This document shows, one piece after another, positions 1-13,918 of a stretch of 64,000 bases of DNA. The DNA lies in contig OX597820.1 of NCBI GenBank assembly GCA_951406725.2, positions 103,230,001 through 103,294,000 on the forward strand, written 5' to 3'. The DNA comes from Octopus vulgaris. Lineage: Eukaryota. Numbering within the stretch: the first letter of the stretch is position 1; each line of letters begins with the position of its first letter. Under the pieces are notes generated by a model that worked only from the letters and a program-made list of their open reading frames with translations, was not told the DNA's origin and did no database searches. Both the position numbers and the translations under genes were made by a program.

Positions 1-49
1 CAACCCATGCTAGCATGGAAAGCGGACGTTAAATGATGATGATGATGAT

Positions 50-355
50 ATCACGTGACCGACCAGGCTATCAGATGTTGCTACACATCACTGGTCACAA
101 TGTGCTTTGCATTGTTTTAGCCTTCAAGTGATGCCACTCCTCTGGCTAAGTGAGCAGGCCAACAGAAGAAAGAGTGAGAGAGAGAGAGAGTTGTGGCGAA
201 AGAGTACAGCAGGGATCGCCACCACCCCCTGCTGGAGCCTTGTGGAGCTTTAAGTGTTTTCGCTCAATAAAGACTCACAACACCCAGTGTGGGAATCAAA
301 ACCATGATCCTACGATCGCAAGTCTGCTGCCCTAACCACTCGGCCATTGCGCCTC

Positions 356-356
<1 letters not shown>
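50..356 (-). mobile_element. tRNA-derived SINE (family B); other copies at 38872-39147 and partial copies near 40221 and 56239
   Basis: Minus strand starts GGAGGCGCAATGGCCGAGTGGTTAGGGCAGC (A box) ... GGTTTTGATTCCC (B-box-like) and ends GGTCACGTGAT; recurs in the window. Confidence 0.8.
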
Positions 357-413
<57 letters not shown>

Positions 414-1616
414 TTGTATGGGTCTGTGCAGGAGCCATTGCATAGCACCTTGGATAAATGTCTTCTATTAAAGCTTCATGCTGTGAATGCAATTAGTTGA
501 TGGAAACTAGGAGGAAGCCCATTGCATAGGAGATCATTATGTGTGTGTGTATTATGAATGTTTTGTCTGCATGTCATTAACACCACCTGGCAATAAAAGG
601 AATTCTGTTTCTTTATATACTCCAATAAGCAAAAGTCTATAGTTTCAGTTGAAACAGTCAAAGGAAAATACCTTACATGGAAAGCAGGTGATAGAACTGC
701 TTGAGCAAGTTTCATTAAACTTATGCCAGCATGTGATAATGATGATTATCACGATGACAACAATAATATATGTGTCTATGTATGTATGTGTGTGTGTATA
801 TATATATATATATATCAATAATAATAATGGGTAAAATTAATTAATTAGTAATTAATAATTTTACCAAGCAGTGTTCAGTATGTTAAAAGGACCATTTACG
901 GTAAACTTAAACATTACTTTAGCTAAATTCTTTGGCTGCTATTTCTAAAAGTTCGGTATGTGGCAAAGCAAATTTGTTTCACTGAACCCTAATTATATAA
1001 AGTATATATATAGCTGGTAGAATCACTAGTATGTCAGATGAAATACTTATTGGCATATCTTTCAGGTTCTTACATTCTGAGTCCTAATCACACTGTAGTC
1101 AACTTGTGTGCTCACTAGATGGTGTACAGGATTGAGTAAATTGTGTACCAGAGCCCTCTGCCAGCTGGTAAGTTCACACAAATCTTACTTGCAGGTGCTG
1201 ACAACAGTTCCACATTTGTTTCCCCACTCTTCCTCCTAAGTCCACAATTTCAGGGCCACCAAAATCAATGTTGGCACAAGGAAAGGAAGGACTGGCAAGA
1301 TTACTAAAAATGCTATAGCAATGGTATGTAGACATGTGTGCATAAAGTAAGACTGAGGGAAGTCTTTGCTAAATTCCTCACTGGCAAGAAACAAAAGTTC
1401 AAGTTTGCTATGGTAGGTGACAGTGATGGGTGTGTAGTGTAGGCATACTTTTGGCAGAAATGTAAGAAGAGAAGGTAATTGAGGTAGTCAGTATGTGATA
1501 GGATAGTTGAGACTAATCTTAGATAAATCAACAGTTACCTTTGGACTGAATCTGAGACCACACAATTGAAAAGCCAGCTTCTGAACCACAGCCACACCTG
1601 TGACCACGATATTATA

Positions 1617-1945
1617 CATCATCATCGTTTAACGTCCGTTTTCCATGTTAGCATGGGTTGGACGGTTCAACTGGGGTCTGGGAAGCCAGAAGGCTGCGCC
1701 AGGCCCAGTCTGATCAGGCAGTGTTTCCACAGCTGGATGCCCTTCCTAACGCCAACCACTTCGTGAGTGTAGTGGGTGCTTTTTACGTGCCACCTGCACA
1801 GGTGCCAGACGAGGCTGGCAAACAGCCACAATCGGATGGTGCTTTTTACGTGCCACCGGCACGGGGGCCAGACGAGGCGGCGCTGGCAACAGTCACGTTC
1901 GGATGGTTCTCTTACATGCCACTGGCACTGGTATCACAGCTACTA
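1617..1945 (-). mobile_element. SINE or LINE-tail repeat with (GAT)n 3' end (family C); other copies at 1-48, 12508-12710, 36865-37076, 48423-48600 and 54950-55167
   Basis: Shared core GAGTGGTTGGCGTTAGGAAGGGCATCCAGCTGT...CCAACCCATGCTAGCATGG...CGTTAAACGATGATG in many dispersed copies. Confidence 0.8.
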
Positions 1946-2715
1946 GGTATCACACACTCATGTACATGGATTTAAAAGTATGTAACCTAGTAAGAGTTTT
2001 GAGTATGTGATCATAATGTCAAAGGTTCAATTCTTGGACTGGCTGTTGCATTGGGCTTTTGAATATGACACTTTATTTCATGCTGCTTTTGTCTACTCAG
2101 CTGTAATGATTACCAACCAGGTGTTGCTGAGCCCTATGGGTCAAGGATGAGGGAACCAAGAGTGCCTAGGCTCATGATTACATAAGCTGAAACAATTAAG
2201 TAAAAGCATAACATATATTACCATGCCATATTTTCTTGAATGATGGCTAGCTGTACTTATATACATAATTCACTGCTTCTCCCTTGCCTAAGTAAATAAA
2301 ATTATAATTCTTATGGAATGTCAGAGGAACCAATTTGAATTTATTTTAACCAGAAAATTACAGCTAATTGCAATAAAAAAAAAGTAGAGAAAGAAAAATC
2401 ATTTATGGTTGCAGGCCCATGACAAATTTCAAAATTGGGCCACCATGTTTTATACCTTAACTTATTTTTTCACTCTGAAATTAGCAAGGTGATTAGAATA
2501 TTGACAAAGCATTATTCAGGAAGAAGAAATTAATGTGTAAATAGTTTGGCATGATTTGTTGCATGTTAAGCCTTTTGATACCAACCTGTCTGCAGTTATC
2601 CCTTGTTCTATGAGACAAACTCACTGTTTCAATGTGATGAAACAAAGCCAATGTATTTCTATTGAAATTTAGTAATAAAACAGTTAAAGTTGCAAAAAAG
2701 ATGGAATGCAATATG

Positions 2716-3075
2716 AGGCACAGGCTTGGCTGTGTAGTAAGAAGGTTCTGGGTTCAGTTCCACTGCATGGCACCTTGGTTGAGTGCCTTCTACTATAGCC
2801 TTGGGCAAAGCAAAGTCTTCTGAGTGGATTTGGTAGATGGAAACAAAAAAGCCTGTCATATATATATATGTGTGTGTATGTTTATGTTTGTCCCCTACCA
2901 TCACTTGACAACTGGTCTTGGTTGGTTTACATCCTTGCAACTTAGTAGTTCAGTAAAAGAAATCGATAGAATAAGTGCCAGGCTTTAAAAAAACAGTCCT
3001 TGATTGATTCATTCAACTAAAAATTCTTCAAGGTGGTGTCCCAGCATGGTCTCAATCTAATGACTGAAATGAGTA
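2716..3075 (+). mobile_element. tRNA/CORE-type SINE (family A), diverged copy
   Basis: TGGCTGTGTAGTAAG A box, GGTTCAGTTCC B box, CORE-like GCACCTTGG, 3' GACTGAAA end. Confidence 0.75.
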
Positions 3076-6000
3076 AAAAATACTATGTGAGCTTACAAAG
3101 TATCTTGGCAAGTGAGGGCTTTTGGGTGGTGTATGCAGGAATGACAACAGTTGCTGGTATGAACTTGTAATCCATATAAAAGGTAAGCTTTTGATGAAAA
3201 AAAAAAACCCATGTTGTAGGTTGAGAATAGTGGAAGATAACTGCAAAAGATAAAGACCAAGTAGTAAGATATTAGAACTGGTTACGATTAGATCCCAGAA
3301 TGATGGACCTAATAGAAATGGTGGTTCCTAAACTGTCTCATACAGCCACTATTTGGTAAGAAATCTTAGTAAAAGATGTTTTCCATTACTTCCCTTTAAT
3401 ATTTAGCAGAGCAGACAAAATAGACTATATCCATGTAACTCTTGTTTTTTGACCATCAAGTTGGACAAATTTAAAATTCAAACATCATCATCATCCTTTA
3501 ATATCCATTTTCCCTGCTGGCATGGGTTGGAGAGTTTGACTAGAGTTAGTAAGCTGTAGAGCTGCACTAATATCGCAGTTTGTTTTCCCTTTTCAATTCT
3601 AACAGACTCTCCCCAATCCATGAGAACCTCTGGATTTGTAGACAAGCTTAAAAAAGGATGACAACAAGTAGTAATATTGTACTACTTGATAAACTCCCAT
3701 CAGTATGGAAAATGAAAACAGTGGTCAGGGTCACTCATTGTAATGATGGTTTCAAACTTTGGCACAAGGCCAGCAATTTTAGGGAATGAATAAGATGATT
3801 ACATCACTTGACTGCAGAGTATTTGACCTTGGAGGAATTTGAACCCAGAATGTAGAGCTGGAATAAATGCCTCAATGACATGCTAACAATTCTACCACCT
3901 CATAACCTTATCATTTACTGTAATAATAGTATGTGGCTAGATTTTTAACAGTCAGGCAATGGCAATGTTTGAAACTTTATATCTTTAACCTAATTTAAAT
4001 GAAAATCTGATATATTCAGGATGAATGAAGCATGTTCTTCTTATCACACATGGCTATCAAATAAGTTATGAAACATTAAACTGTGACTATAAATTATAGA
4101 TAACTGATAAGAATTTTCTTATGCAAACTGCCTAGCAGGCATATATGTTTACACACACACACACACACCAGTTAGGATTAATATGACTGAGCAAGGTGAG
4201 AATTGCCCTGGGGATGCCATCTGCATGAAGGACACATGGTTAAGTGGTGTCTGACATAATGTTGGAAACATAAAAGTTGTTTTTGTTTTCTAAATCAATA
4301 TGAAATAATGAAGTAAAATGTTAACTTTAATAATTGGTTGGAAACGCAATTACATAGTCCAACTTAAAAATTGAATGAGTGAGGAGTGAATCTGATCTTT
4401 GGTAAATGCAGTTACAACTCCAGATGTTTCAGTATTATTGAACCTTCTCAGTGAAATATAGTCTTAGCAGTGCCTTTACCAGATCTTATGTGACTGAGAC
4501 TAAAGATTTTGAATGATTATATTTCTTGAGGGAACTCACTGTATGTCACCAACCCCTTCAATTTGGGGGGAATGTTGAAATTTTATAGTTGTCTCCCCTG
4601 CCATGACAAGAGTTAATAAAACAATTTTCTTTCCATGATTGGAAAATTTCATTATGTATTTTAGTTACCACTTAATTAGAAATCATATGTTTCTTCCTGT
4701 CATCTCACAGCTACATTTTTCGTTTGAATGTTAAAATTCACTTCATAGCATGGCTATGTTCTTTGTACGATATAACTTTCGGAAATATGTAAAAGTATGA
4801 ATTTATACTTTATCACTGGCATTGTGTGGGAACTATAATCTAAACATAAATTTCACTGGTTCAGTCTAACTGAAAGCAAGTCATGTGAGGTTGATTAAAA
4901 CACTGCTTAAGCTGCAGTAATGTAATATAAATATTTTGTAGTACTGAATTTAAAACTATTTATTCATTTTCCCCTTTAAATACTTTATATGGACACTAGA
5001 AAGTGTCTAAACTTATAAGATTTATAAATACATTTACCCCTTAATCTATCATTTGAACTAAAAATTTCTGTAGTAAAATCACAATGAAACTTTCAGTAAA
5101 CTACATTTATAACATAGATTTGATTACCATGCAGAGATGTGAGTACCACATTTCCAGTTACCTTAAAATATATTGTGTATAGCCAGAAAGAAGCAAATTG
5201 ATAAACATATATGTATAAAATGAGCTTTTACTAAGGGAAAGTTTTATTATTAAATTAGACAGTGGTAAAAAGAAACTGTAAGAAATGTTTTGGCCCTTAA
5301 TTCTTTAAAGGCTAAGACACAAGCCAACTCCAGATCATGATTCCTGGATAGTGCAGGTACCTCAGAGCCTGGGTACCTTAGGTGTTGCAACCAGTCCAGC
5401 TTAAGATACCACTCAACTGTAATGCAAACTATGCCTTCTGAAATTCACTTTATTCCTCTTTGACTAATGTTATTTTGGAAGAGTCTTTATCATAAAAGAT
5501 AGTGTTACACTGGAGTTGTCTTCATTGAGCCAGACACCTATATTTGGACAGTCTGTTATTAAAAACATTGTTATACTGAGACAGTCTTTATTATAAAAAT
5601 TAGTGTTATACTAGAACTGTTTTCATTATAACGGACATATTTTCATCTAACACCGTTTGCACATCAGGGTTGTTGCACTAAATGTGACGATTGTACGAAG
5701 GAAGTTTATCATTATTATCTTCATCATCATTCAATGTCCGTTTCCCATGGTGGCATGGGTTGGATGTTTGACTGGAACTCGTAAGCCAGAGAACTGCCCC
5801 TGGCCTCAGTCTGTTTTTGCTTTTACATTTCACTGCCATGAGTGCCTTCTACATGTCACCAGCACTGGCTCCGACAACAATTTCACTTAGCTTGACGTGA
5901 AACTTACTTGAAAAGAATTGTGGGGAGGTCTACACAAGAACATGCTCCCTTGCTAAATCAACTAAAGTGCACAGAACCAGGATAAATACTGCTATGTATT

Positions 6001-6726
6001 TTGTTCTACACTCTAACAATTCCGACAATCCCTGCCTATGTCAAGCGGATGTAAGATCAAAGGCATTCTAGTTTTAGCATTCCACCACATGATCTACACT
6101 ATAGAATGTGTGGGATTTTAAAACAGCTTGGTATGATTTAAGGGAAATTTAGTTGCTATTTCTGCAGGTCGTGTGACTACAAATCGGTTTCCATGTCGAT
6201 TTAGATCCCAACAGAGTAAACTTTACCTTTCGATATTTCTAGATTGATAAAGTACCAAACATAAAGAAGTAAAATCGAAAACGATCATTGATATGGTGAT
6301 ACTGGTGTGTCTTTTAGGACGGCACCAATTACCTAAAATAAGCTAGTGATTCTGCTCCCCAAGAAAATTTCAGTTTGAAATGATAATCAAATGAATGTTT
6401 AAAAACTTTAACGGTGAATTGTCACTTCCAAGGCGACGCTCGTCAACAAGAGAGCCGCTACGTTTTTTACGACCTGCCAGGAACAGTGGCCAAATCTTCC
6501 TCATATCACCTCCTACTGTCTTTTAAAAGAGGCAAGTTGGATGACCTAGTTCTGGATATAGAAAATACTGGACAGTTACAGCTGGCGTAACCGGAATAGG
6601 TCTGATATGGGGCTAAACAACATCATTCACCGTTAGAAATCAAAAACAAACACACGCAAACTGATATTGCAACCGGCTGCTACACTCTATTTCACAAGGG
6701 AGAGCACTCTATATCTATACTTCACC

Positions 6727-6766
6727 ATGGACGGAGAGAAGAAGAAAGTCTTGTTCGTTTGCTTAG
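6727..6766 (+). CDS. ACP1: Low-molecular-weight phosphotyrosine protein phosphatase, exon 1 of 6
   Basis: ACCATGG start context; MDGEKKKVLFVCL then G|gtttgt phase-1 donor; joins exon 2 to give the CLGNICRS P-loop. Confidence 0.93.
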
Positions 6767-7221
6767 GTTTGTAATGAAATATTGTGCAGTTGGTATTTTG
6801 CTTGTTATTAATTATTTTATACTCATTTATAATAGTCATATATAGACAGAGACATACACACTCCTTCAGACATGCACACTCACATATAGTGTCGTGTGTC
6901 TTAGTCAAACTTTCCTAAATTGGGCACCTTGTCATAAATACAATTAGTACGGAATATTGCGTACAAACGGCTCTCGACAAGGTGCCCCAGTGTTTCAAAA
7001 GTTTACTATAATAAATTTTTGACTGTTCACGTGAAATTTATTTTTAAATGCAGGCAAATTGGTTGTTAATAATAATAATAATAATAAAGAAGAAGAAAAA
7101 AAACGAACTAATCAACTAATTGTCTAAGATTATTTACGATTTCTCATTTAGGCACATAGCCAACAATTTTTGAGGGGGAGTCAGTCGATACCAATGACTT
7201 CAGTACTTATGCTTTATTTTA

Positions 7222-7440
7222 TCTATTTCTTTACTACCCACAAGGGGCTAAACACAGAAGGGACAAACAAGGACAGACATAGGTATTAAGTCGATTACAT
7301 CGACCCCAGTGCGTAACTGGTACTTAATTTATCGACCCCGAAAGGATGAAAGGCTAAGTTGATCTCAGAACGTAAAGAGTTGGAACAAATATTGCGAAGC
7401 ATTTTGTTTTTCCGGTGCTCTAGTGAATTTGGCAGCACGT
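7222..7440 (-). mobile_element. SINE with Deu/Nin-like core; other copies at 33448-33640, 46345-46555 and 51790-52050
   Basis: Shared CCTTTCATCCTTTCGGGGTCGATAAATTAAGTACCAG core in dispersed copies. Confidence 0.7.
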
Positions 7441-7728
7441 CACCTCTTGTAAGATTATTAATAACGAAAATTTTAGAAAATAAAAATAAGAAATAGATGG
7501 AAATTTTACCGGTGAGTGTGTTAAATAATAAGGCACTAAAAGAGAACGACTCTCCCCAGACAACTAAATATAGTTTGCATTCATATAATACTTTTTTTTT
7601 TCCTTTGCTGTTTAAGAGGTTTAAAGCCATCACTAGACATGTCAATTTGCCCACACTCTTCAATCCTTACATGACTGAATACTTTTCGATTTATTTGGCG
7701 TACGCTATATGTAAACTCATAAATTTTC

Positions 7729-7988
7729 GGTACTACTTAAGAAGAGTGGTCCCAGTGCGCGCACTCATGCATCCGCTCTAGCTAGTCGTGACTAGTCGAT
7801 CCTACAACGACTACCTAGCAAAGTAAATAAAACACAAAATAAATATTTTTTTACACAAAGTAAATAATAAGGCAATTTTTTCTAAACAAAGTAAATAAAA
7901 TACAAAAACACAAAGGATCGACTAGTTACGACTAGCTAGAGCGGATGCACGAGTGCGCGCACCGGGACCACTCTTCTTAAGTAGTACC
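7729..7988. mobile_element. Mutator/MULE-like MITE
   Basis: 75-bp TIRs (7729-7803 and 7914-7988, 3 mismatches), GG...CC ends, perfect 9-bp TSD TAAATTTTC. Confidence 0.9.
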
Positions 7989-8132
7989 TAAATTTTCTCA
8001 ATATTTGTTCTGTTTTTAAAAAAATAGACAGATTTTTTTTTAATATTCTAACAACATCGTAATCTACATCTTCGATAATGTGTATGTTTGTGTTTTATAT
8101 ATTTTAGTTTGCTATTAAAATATGTTATTAGT

Positions 8133-8535
8133 ATACTCTTTTACTTGTTTCAGTCATTTTGACTGTGGCTATGCTGGAGCACCGCCTTTAGTCGAGCAAA
8201 TCGACCCCGGGACTTATTCTTTGTAAGCCCAGTGCTTATTCTATCGGTCTCTTTTGCCGAACCGCTAAGTGACGGGGACGTAAACACACCAGCATCGGTT
8301 GTCAAGCAATGCTAGGGGGACAAACACAGACACACAAACACACACATATACATATATATATACATATATACGACAGGCTTCTTTCAGTTTCTGTCTACCA
8401 AATCCACTCACAAGGCGTTGGTCGGCCTGGGGCTATAGCAGAAGACACTTGCCCAAGATGCCACGCAGTGGGACTGAACCCAGAACCATGTGGTTGGTAA
8501 GCAAGCTACTTACCACACAGCCACTCCTGTGCCTA
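8133..8535 (-). mobile_element. tRNA/CORE-type SINE (family A), full length
   Basis: Highly similar to copies at 13919, 16193, 35620, 50277 and 61937; A/B boxes and internal (CA)/(TA) tract. Confidence 0.9.
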
Positions 8536-9074
8536 TGTGTATGTGTATATTGAATTAAGTTCAGTACTCTGTTTAATCCAACATCTAATGATTCAGTGTG
8601 AATCATTTGGTATTAGAGTGATAGTATTAAATTGGCTGCAATTGATCGTTACAGCTGCTGTACTTTCTGTGTTCTTTTGCAAGTCAAACTTTACAAAACA
8701 AAAAAAAATTAAAATTACTCAGCAATCACCACTAACAATAAACACAATTTAACTGCAAGCTATGAATTCCTGCCCTGCTTTAAAAAAATTGGAAGCAGCC
8801 ACTATTGTCAGCGATTGTCAATTAGCGAAAGTGAAAACACACACATGGATCACCCACAACTTGTGTTTGTTTTTTTATATTTACCATAATGAAAGTAGGT
8901 TTTGGCAAATATTTATTTATATGTAAGTAAAATTAAATGAATTTGTTGATTCAGCATACTTAATTACATAGATATTCTACATTAAAATATAAATCCAAAA
9001 CAGAAGAAAACATAATTATATGTAAAGAAAGGAAAAAAAACCCAGCTATCCAACACTAAGTACATCATCAATCA

Positions 9075-9900
9075 GTCGAACTTGATAAGTGTCATCAGAG
9101 ATGCTTTGCCCCATCGTGAAACTGCAGGAGCTACTCAGAGTTTTTGCAAGCTCTTCTAAATCTGTTGCAATTCTGGAAACTCTTCCATGCTGTCAGCGGT
9201 ATCTCAGAACCACAAACGTTTTACCCCTTAGCCTGTATGCTTCACCCGAGCGGGGCAGCAAGGACTAAAACAGTCTTTGTTCACTGAAGGGTTCCACTTG
9301 TAGTCTCTTACCAATCATAGCCAACTGGAACTTGTTTCAGCTGTCCTGCTCAACTCCTTGGTGGATTTCTTCAGATGTCTGGGATTCCAAGCCTATCATC
9401 TGTAGTGAATAGTTCATTAACCTCGCTAGAATGCTTTGGTAACTGACTTCCATAAGAAATGAAGCTGTGTGCCATCCCTTGACAAGGACTCATCAACAAA
9501 GTTCTGCTATTTGGATTCCTTTAGCTTATGGGAAATATCAAGTCTGTCCTCCCGGGATGATAGTGTTTGTGCTCCTGAAGAGCAGAAATATGTCTGGTCT
9601 GAGTAATGTTACTGTTGTCTCCTCTGGGAAAAAGTGTCTTAACTCTTAGTAGACCAGTCCACTTAGAGATTTCTGCAACGACTTTATCATGTCTCTACTT
9701 GTAGTGCCCCAAGATATTCAGTCAAAATGTATTTTGTTGTGAAAAGAGTTGCTCCACACTGCTTGCAAAATGAGTCTTCTTTGCCCCATTTTTAAGGTTA
9801 TTTGGGATTAGCAAAAGATCAGTGACAGCATGAAGGAGGGAGGGCAATCTACCCTGGTCAGTGCCCCAGAGTTGCTTCCAGGAACTTCTCTTCAACACTC
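9075..9900 (-). mobile_element. Decayed HERO-like non-LTR retrotransposon, 3' part (restriction-like endonuclease)
   Basis: Broken translation gives SWKQLWGTDQGRLPSLLHAVTDLL, CKQCG, RHDKVV, LRPDI and AETSSSWL, resembling the HERO C-terminus. Confidence 0.65.
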
Positions 9901-10411
9901 GTGCATTACCATCACCATCATTTAATGTGTGCTTCTCCATGCTCTCGTGGGTCAGATGCTCTTCCTGTCACCAACCCTTACCTTTTCCCAAGCAAAGTAA
10001 TATTTCTTCATAATCAGATGTTTTTCATGGAAGATAAACATCACTTGTATGTTTACAATTGTTACATGTTGTCAAGAAAAAGGTACACACATGCACACAC
10101 ACACACACACACACATACACACAATGGGTTTCTTTTATCTTCCATCTACCAAACCCATTCTCAAGATTTTGGTTGGCCTGGGGCTATAATAGAAGAAAAT
10201 CTGGAATTTACTGCCTGCGGTGTAGTTCAGCTACAGAAGGTAATTAAGCTGAAAATTAAATTATGCAAGAGATTGATGCAGTGGAGAATGGGATATGCCT
10301 ATGACCTACATAGGTCATGGCCATTCTCTGTCCTATTCTGACTAATTAATTTTAACAAAAAAGTACTTAAAAAAAGTGATAATTTTTTACATCAACGTCA
10401 TCGTCATTTAT

Positions 10412-11881
10412 TGTAATGGGATGAATTGAAAACAAAAGAAAACATTGTAAAGAAATTAATTAAATAATATATTAGGCAAGTGTGTTATGATACCTAGCAT
10501 AGTTGATTGAATACACTGAGTGAATGTAAACAACATAAAGTGCTTCAAAATGTCCATTGCTCTCATACTGACATGGGTTGAACAGTTTGACAAGACCAAC
10601 TTAGTTGGAGGACTGTATTCTACTCTAATGTATGCTTTAGCATGATTTCTACAATTGAACAACCTTCCATGCTGGGTACTCATACTTTTTTTTTGTTTTT
10701 TTTTTTGTTGTTGTTGTTGTTTTATTGTGAAATGAGGATTAGTGAAGCTTTCCACCTTGGAATGAGTGAAACTACAGTGTAGATGAAAGCAACTTTATGC
10801 TAGGTGATGAACAGTTGAAGTATGAAAGAAGAGGCCAGAACAGGTTTCTTGCTGTAGAGGAGATGCATGGCTTCTTGCATTATACAAGAGTGGCTGAGGA
10901 TATAATGGAAGTAGAATCCATTCAATAGATATAATATATTTTACTTGTTTCAGTCATTAGACTGCAGCCATGCTGGGGCACCACTTTGAAGAATTTTTAG
11001 TTGAATGAATCAACTCCTAACCCCAGGACTTTTTTTTTCAGGCTGGTACTTATTCTGTTGATTTCTTTTGCTGAGCTGCTAGATTACAGGGATGTAGACA
11101 CACCAGAACCAGTTGTCAAGTAGTGGTGGGGGTCACATAGACACAAAGACACACACATATATATATACATGTGATGGGCTTCTTTCAGTTTCTGTCTATC
11201 AGATATACTCATAAGGTTTTGGGCAAGTGGAAGACACTTGCCCAAGAGGCCGCACAGTGGGACTGAACCTAGAAACATATGGTTGGGAAGCAAGCTTCTT
11301 ACCACACAGCCATGCTTAATGCCTATATTTTATATCATATTGTATATCTAATATTTCTGTTAGTGTTGCAGTTAAGATCAACTCTCTGACTGAGCAAGAC
11401 CTCTGTGACCAAAGGCTTTCTGGCTACGACTATTATTCTGTCTTATATTCCAAATATAGTGCATCTAGTACTACATTATCTAATGTGTTCTTCCTTTATT
11501 AAGATAGTAGGGTGTGATTTGAGGAAGATTTAGTTTCTATTTCTTGAATCTCATATGACCTCATAGAGGCTCTTGCATAGGATAGATTATTCCTTAATTT
11601 ATATCAGTCATGTTTTTTTAACATTAATTAACATTGAATTGCTTTTAGATTAATTATTATATTCTAATTGTTCACATTTAAAAGTACCTACAAATGTCAT
11701 TATTACTTTTCCCCTACTCCAATTGATTAAAAGCAATGAACATTTTGAAGCACTTTATGTTGTTTACATTCACTCAGTGTATTCAATCAACGATGTTAGG
11801 TATCATAACACACTTGCCTAATATATTATTTAATTAATTTCTTTACAATGTTTTCTTTTGTTTTCTATTCATCTCATTACA
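10412..11881. repeat. 150-bp inverted repeat pair (10412-10561 and 11732-11881) in ACP1 intron 1
   Basis: Arms are reverse complements with 5 mismatches in 150 bp, counted by eye. Confidence 0.9.
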
Positions 11882-12959
11882 GTATTAAGCATTTTCAGCA
11901 GCATTTCAGTATTGACTGTCTTTACAAATCATATCAAGTCTACACTTGATTTAGGTAGTAATGCCTTTGCCTTGACAATCTCAATTAATAAATGAACACA
12001 ATTAGTCTGTTATTCTGCATGAGAAGGTTTGTCGCATTGCTTCTTCAAAAAACATGCATGAGCAGCATGAATTACAAACTTACATGTTGTTGGAACTGAC
12101 CTTAGCTTTTATTATTTTATGGGAATATATAACCACTTACATGGCTTAGTGCTTAAACTATTGGACTCATGATTGTAAGGATATGGGTTCAATTCCTTGA
12201 CCAGACATTATATTCTTGGGTATTCATTTAATGTTGTTAAGCTTAATGTCAATTCTGCTCATGATCTATGCCGAAAGATTTCTTCCCCTTGAAAATTCCA
12301 TCTTATATTTCTCATGCAGTGCATGTATTTAGAACTATATTATCCAATGTGTCCTTAATTCATTAACACAGTAGTGTATGATCTGAGGGAGACATGGTTG
12401 CATTTTATTTAACGTTGTTCCATTCCACTCAGTTGAAACAAGAGTTCTGTCCTTTGCAGAGTAGTGTCTTGCTGAACATGAACCCAAAAGTCTTGCTGGT
12501 ACATGATGTCATCATCATCATCATCATCATCATCGTTTAACGTCCGTTTTCCGCGCTAGCACGGGTTGGACGGTTCGACCGGGGTCTGGGAAGCCAGGAG
12601 CTGCACCAGGCTCCAGTCTGATCTGGCAGAGTTTCTACAGCTGGATGCCCTTCCTAACGTCAACCACTCCGCGAGTGTAGTGGGTGCTTTTTACGTGCCA
12701 CCTGCACAGGATGTCTTTAATGGCTGCAGTACACAGGAGGATGAGGAGGAGGAGGATTGATTGTGTGGCATAGAAAATAAGATAGAACAGCGACCAGATT
12801 CAGCCCCAGATTAAAGATATTACAGTATTTAATTTCATCTTTCTCAGTTCAAAATCCTTCTGAAGTTAGCTTTTCTTTTCATCCAATCACAATTGATAAA
12901 ATACCAGTAAATTAATAAAATTAACTGACTTTTGTCTATTACATATCATGAAAAATATG

Positions 12960-13830
12960 CTAGTCCTATTAAGTATTGTAAGAGTATTTTCATTCATCAT
13001 TCTTTAATATTCCAGTAATATTGTTAGTTTTCTAGTGTCTTTGTCCATATTGGTGACAATATCTAGATTTATTTTTCACCACAGGTTTCAAGGATCTTCA
13101 TTTAGTCATAAGAATTTTGTATCGATAGGTCAAAGTAAAATACATTTATCTGCTGTCAAAAAGTAAGGCTTGGATGCTGAATTATGTCTTTATAGCATTA
13201 GCTGTTGTTACGTGAATAGTGCAGAGATGAAGAATTTTTTATAGCATATCAGACAACTCTACATTCATACAGGACAAAATACTGTTAGAATTTATATTTG
13301 AAATTGAGATCCAAACCAGAACGAGGGCAAAATATTGGTAAAACAAACAACTTAGTAAAATAACTCTGCAGAAAACTGAGCTTCCAAACCGCCCAGCAAA
13401 AGTAAAGGCAATATATTAGATTAGATGAACAATGTAGTAAGAAAGAATAAGAGATTATCAATAACAGAAGAAAGAAAAGAACAGGGTGTTGGTGAGGTAA
13501 ATTTAACTCCAAGAAAAGTGAGTCTGTTGTTTAGAGTGTTCTTTGTCATGATAATGATCAACATATAGTATTTTACAGTGTGTCCTGACAAATGAAGATG
13601 CTAGAGAGAAAAGTCTTTGAAATCGTATAGATACACTTCATCTCTGTAAGAACAAAAATGGATCAAGAGTTTTACAATGGATGATTGCAGAAATGGTACA
13701 GATAGGTAGAATTTATTGTCAATAGAACTACCAGAAAGTGAAGATAGTATGAACTAAAGTGATTAAAGATATAAGAATTTAGAAAGTTGTATGATTCTTT
13801 AGATGTTGAAAGTGTTACATTGGGTTTCTC
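12960..13830 (-). mobile_element. Highly decayed CR1/L2-like LINE RT fragment
   Basis: Fragmentary motif INVFYFDLS resembles VDVIYLDFSKAFD; many stops. Confidence 0.4.
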
Positions 13831-13918
13831 AGTTATTCAAGTTACACACAATTTTTTTTATTTGAACGACTGAGGCAGTTGATGTTTAGCCCCAGTTCAG
13901 TATTGATATAATAGATAT

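Noticed and set aside
8299-8553. Recurring ORFs such as MSSNARGTNT... and MLGGQTQTH...
   Set aside because: They are reading frames through family A SINE copies, with no protein motifs.
9320-9385. CUGAAGA...GAAAC on the minus strand
   Set aside because: It lies within HERO coding remnants and has no stem I or stem II pairing, so it is a chance match.
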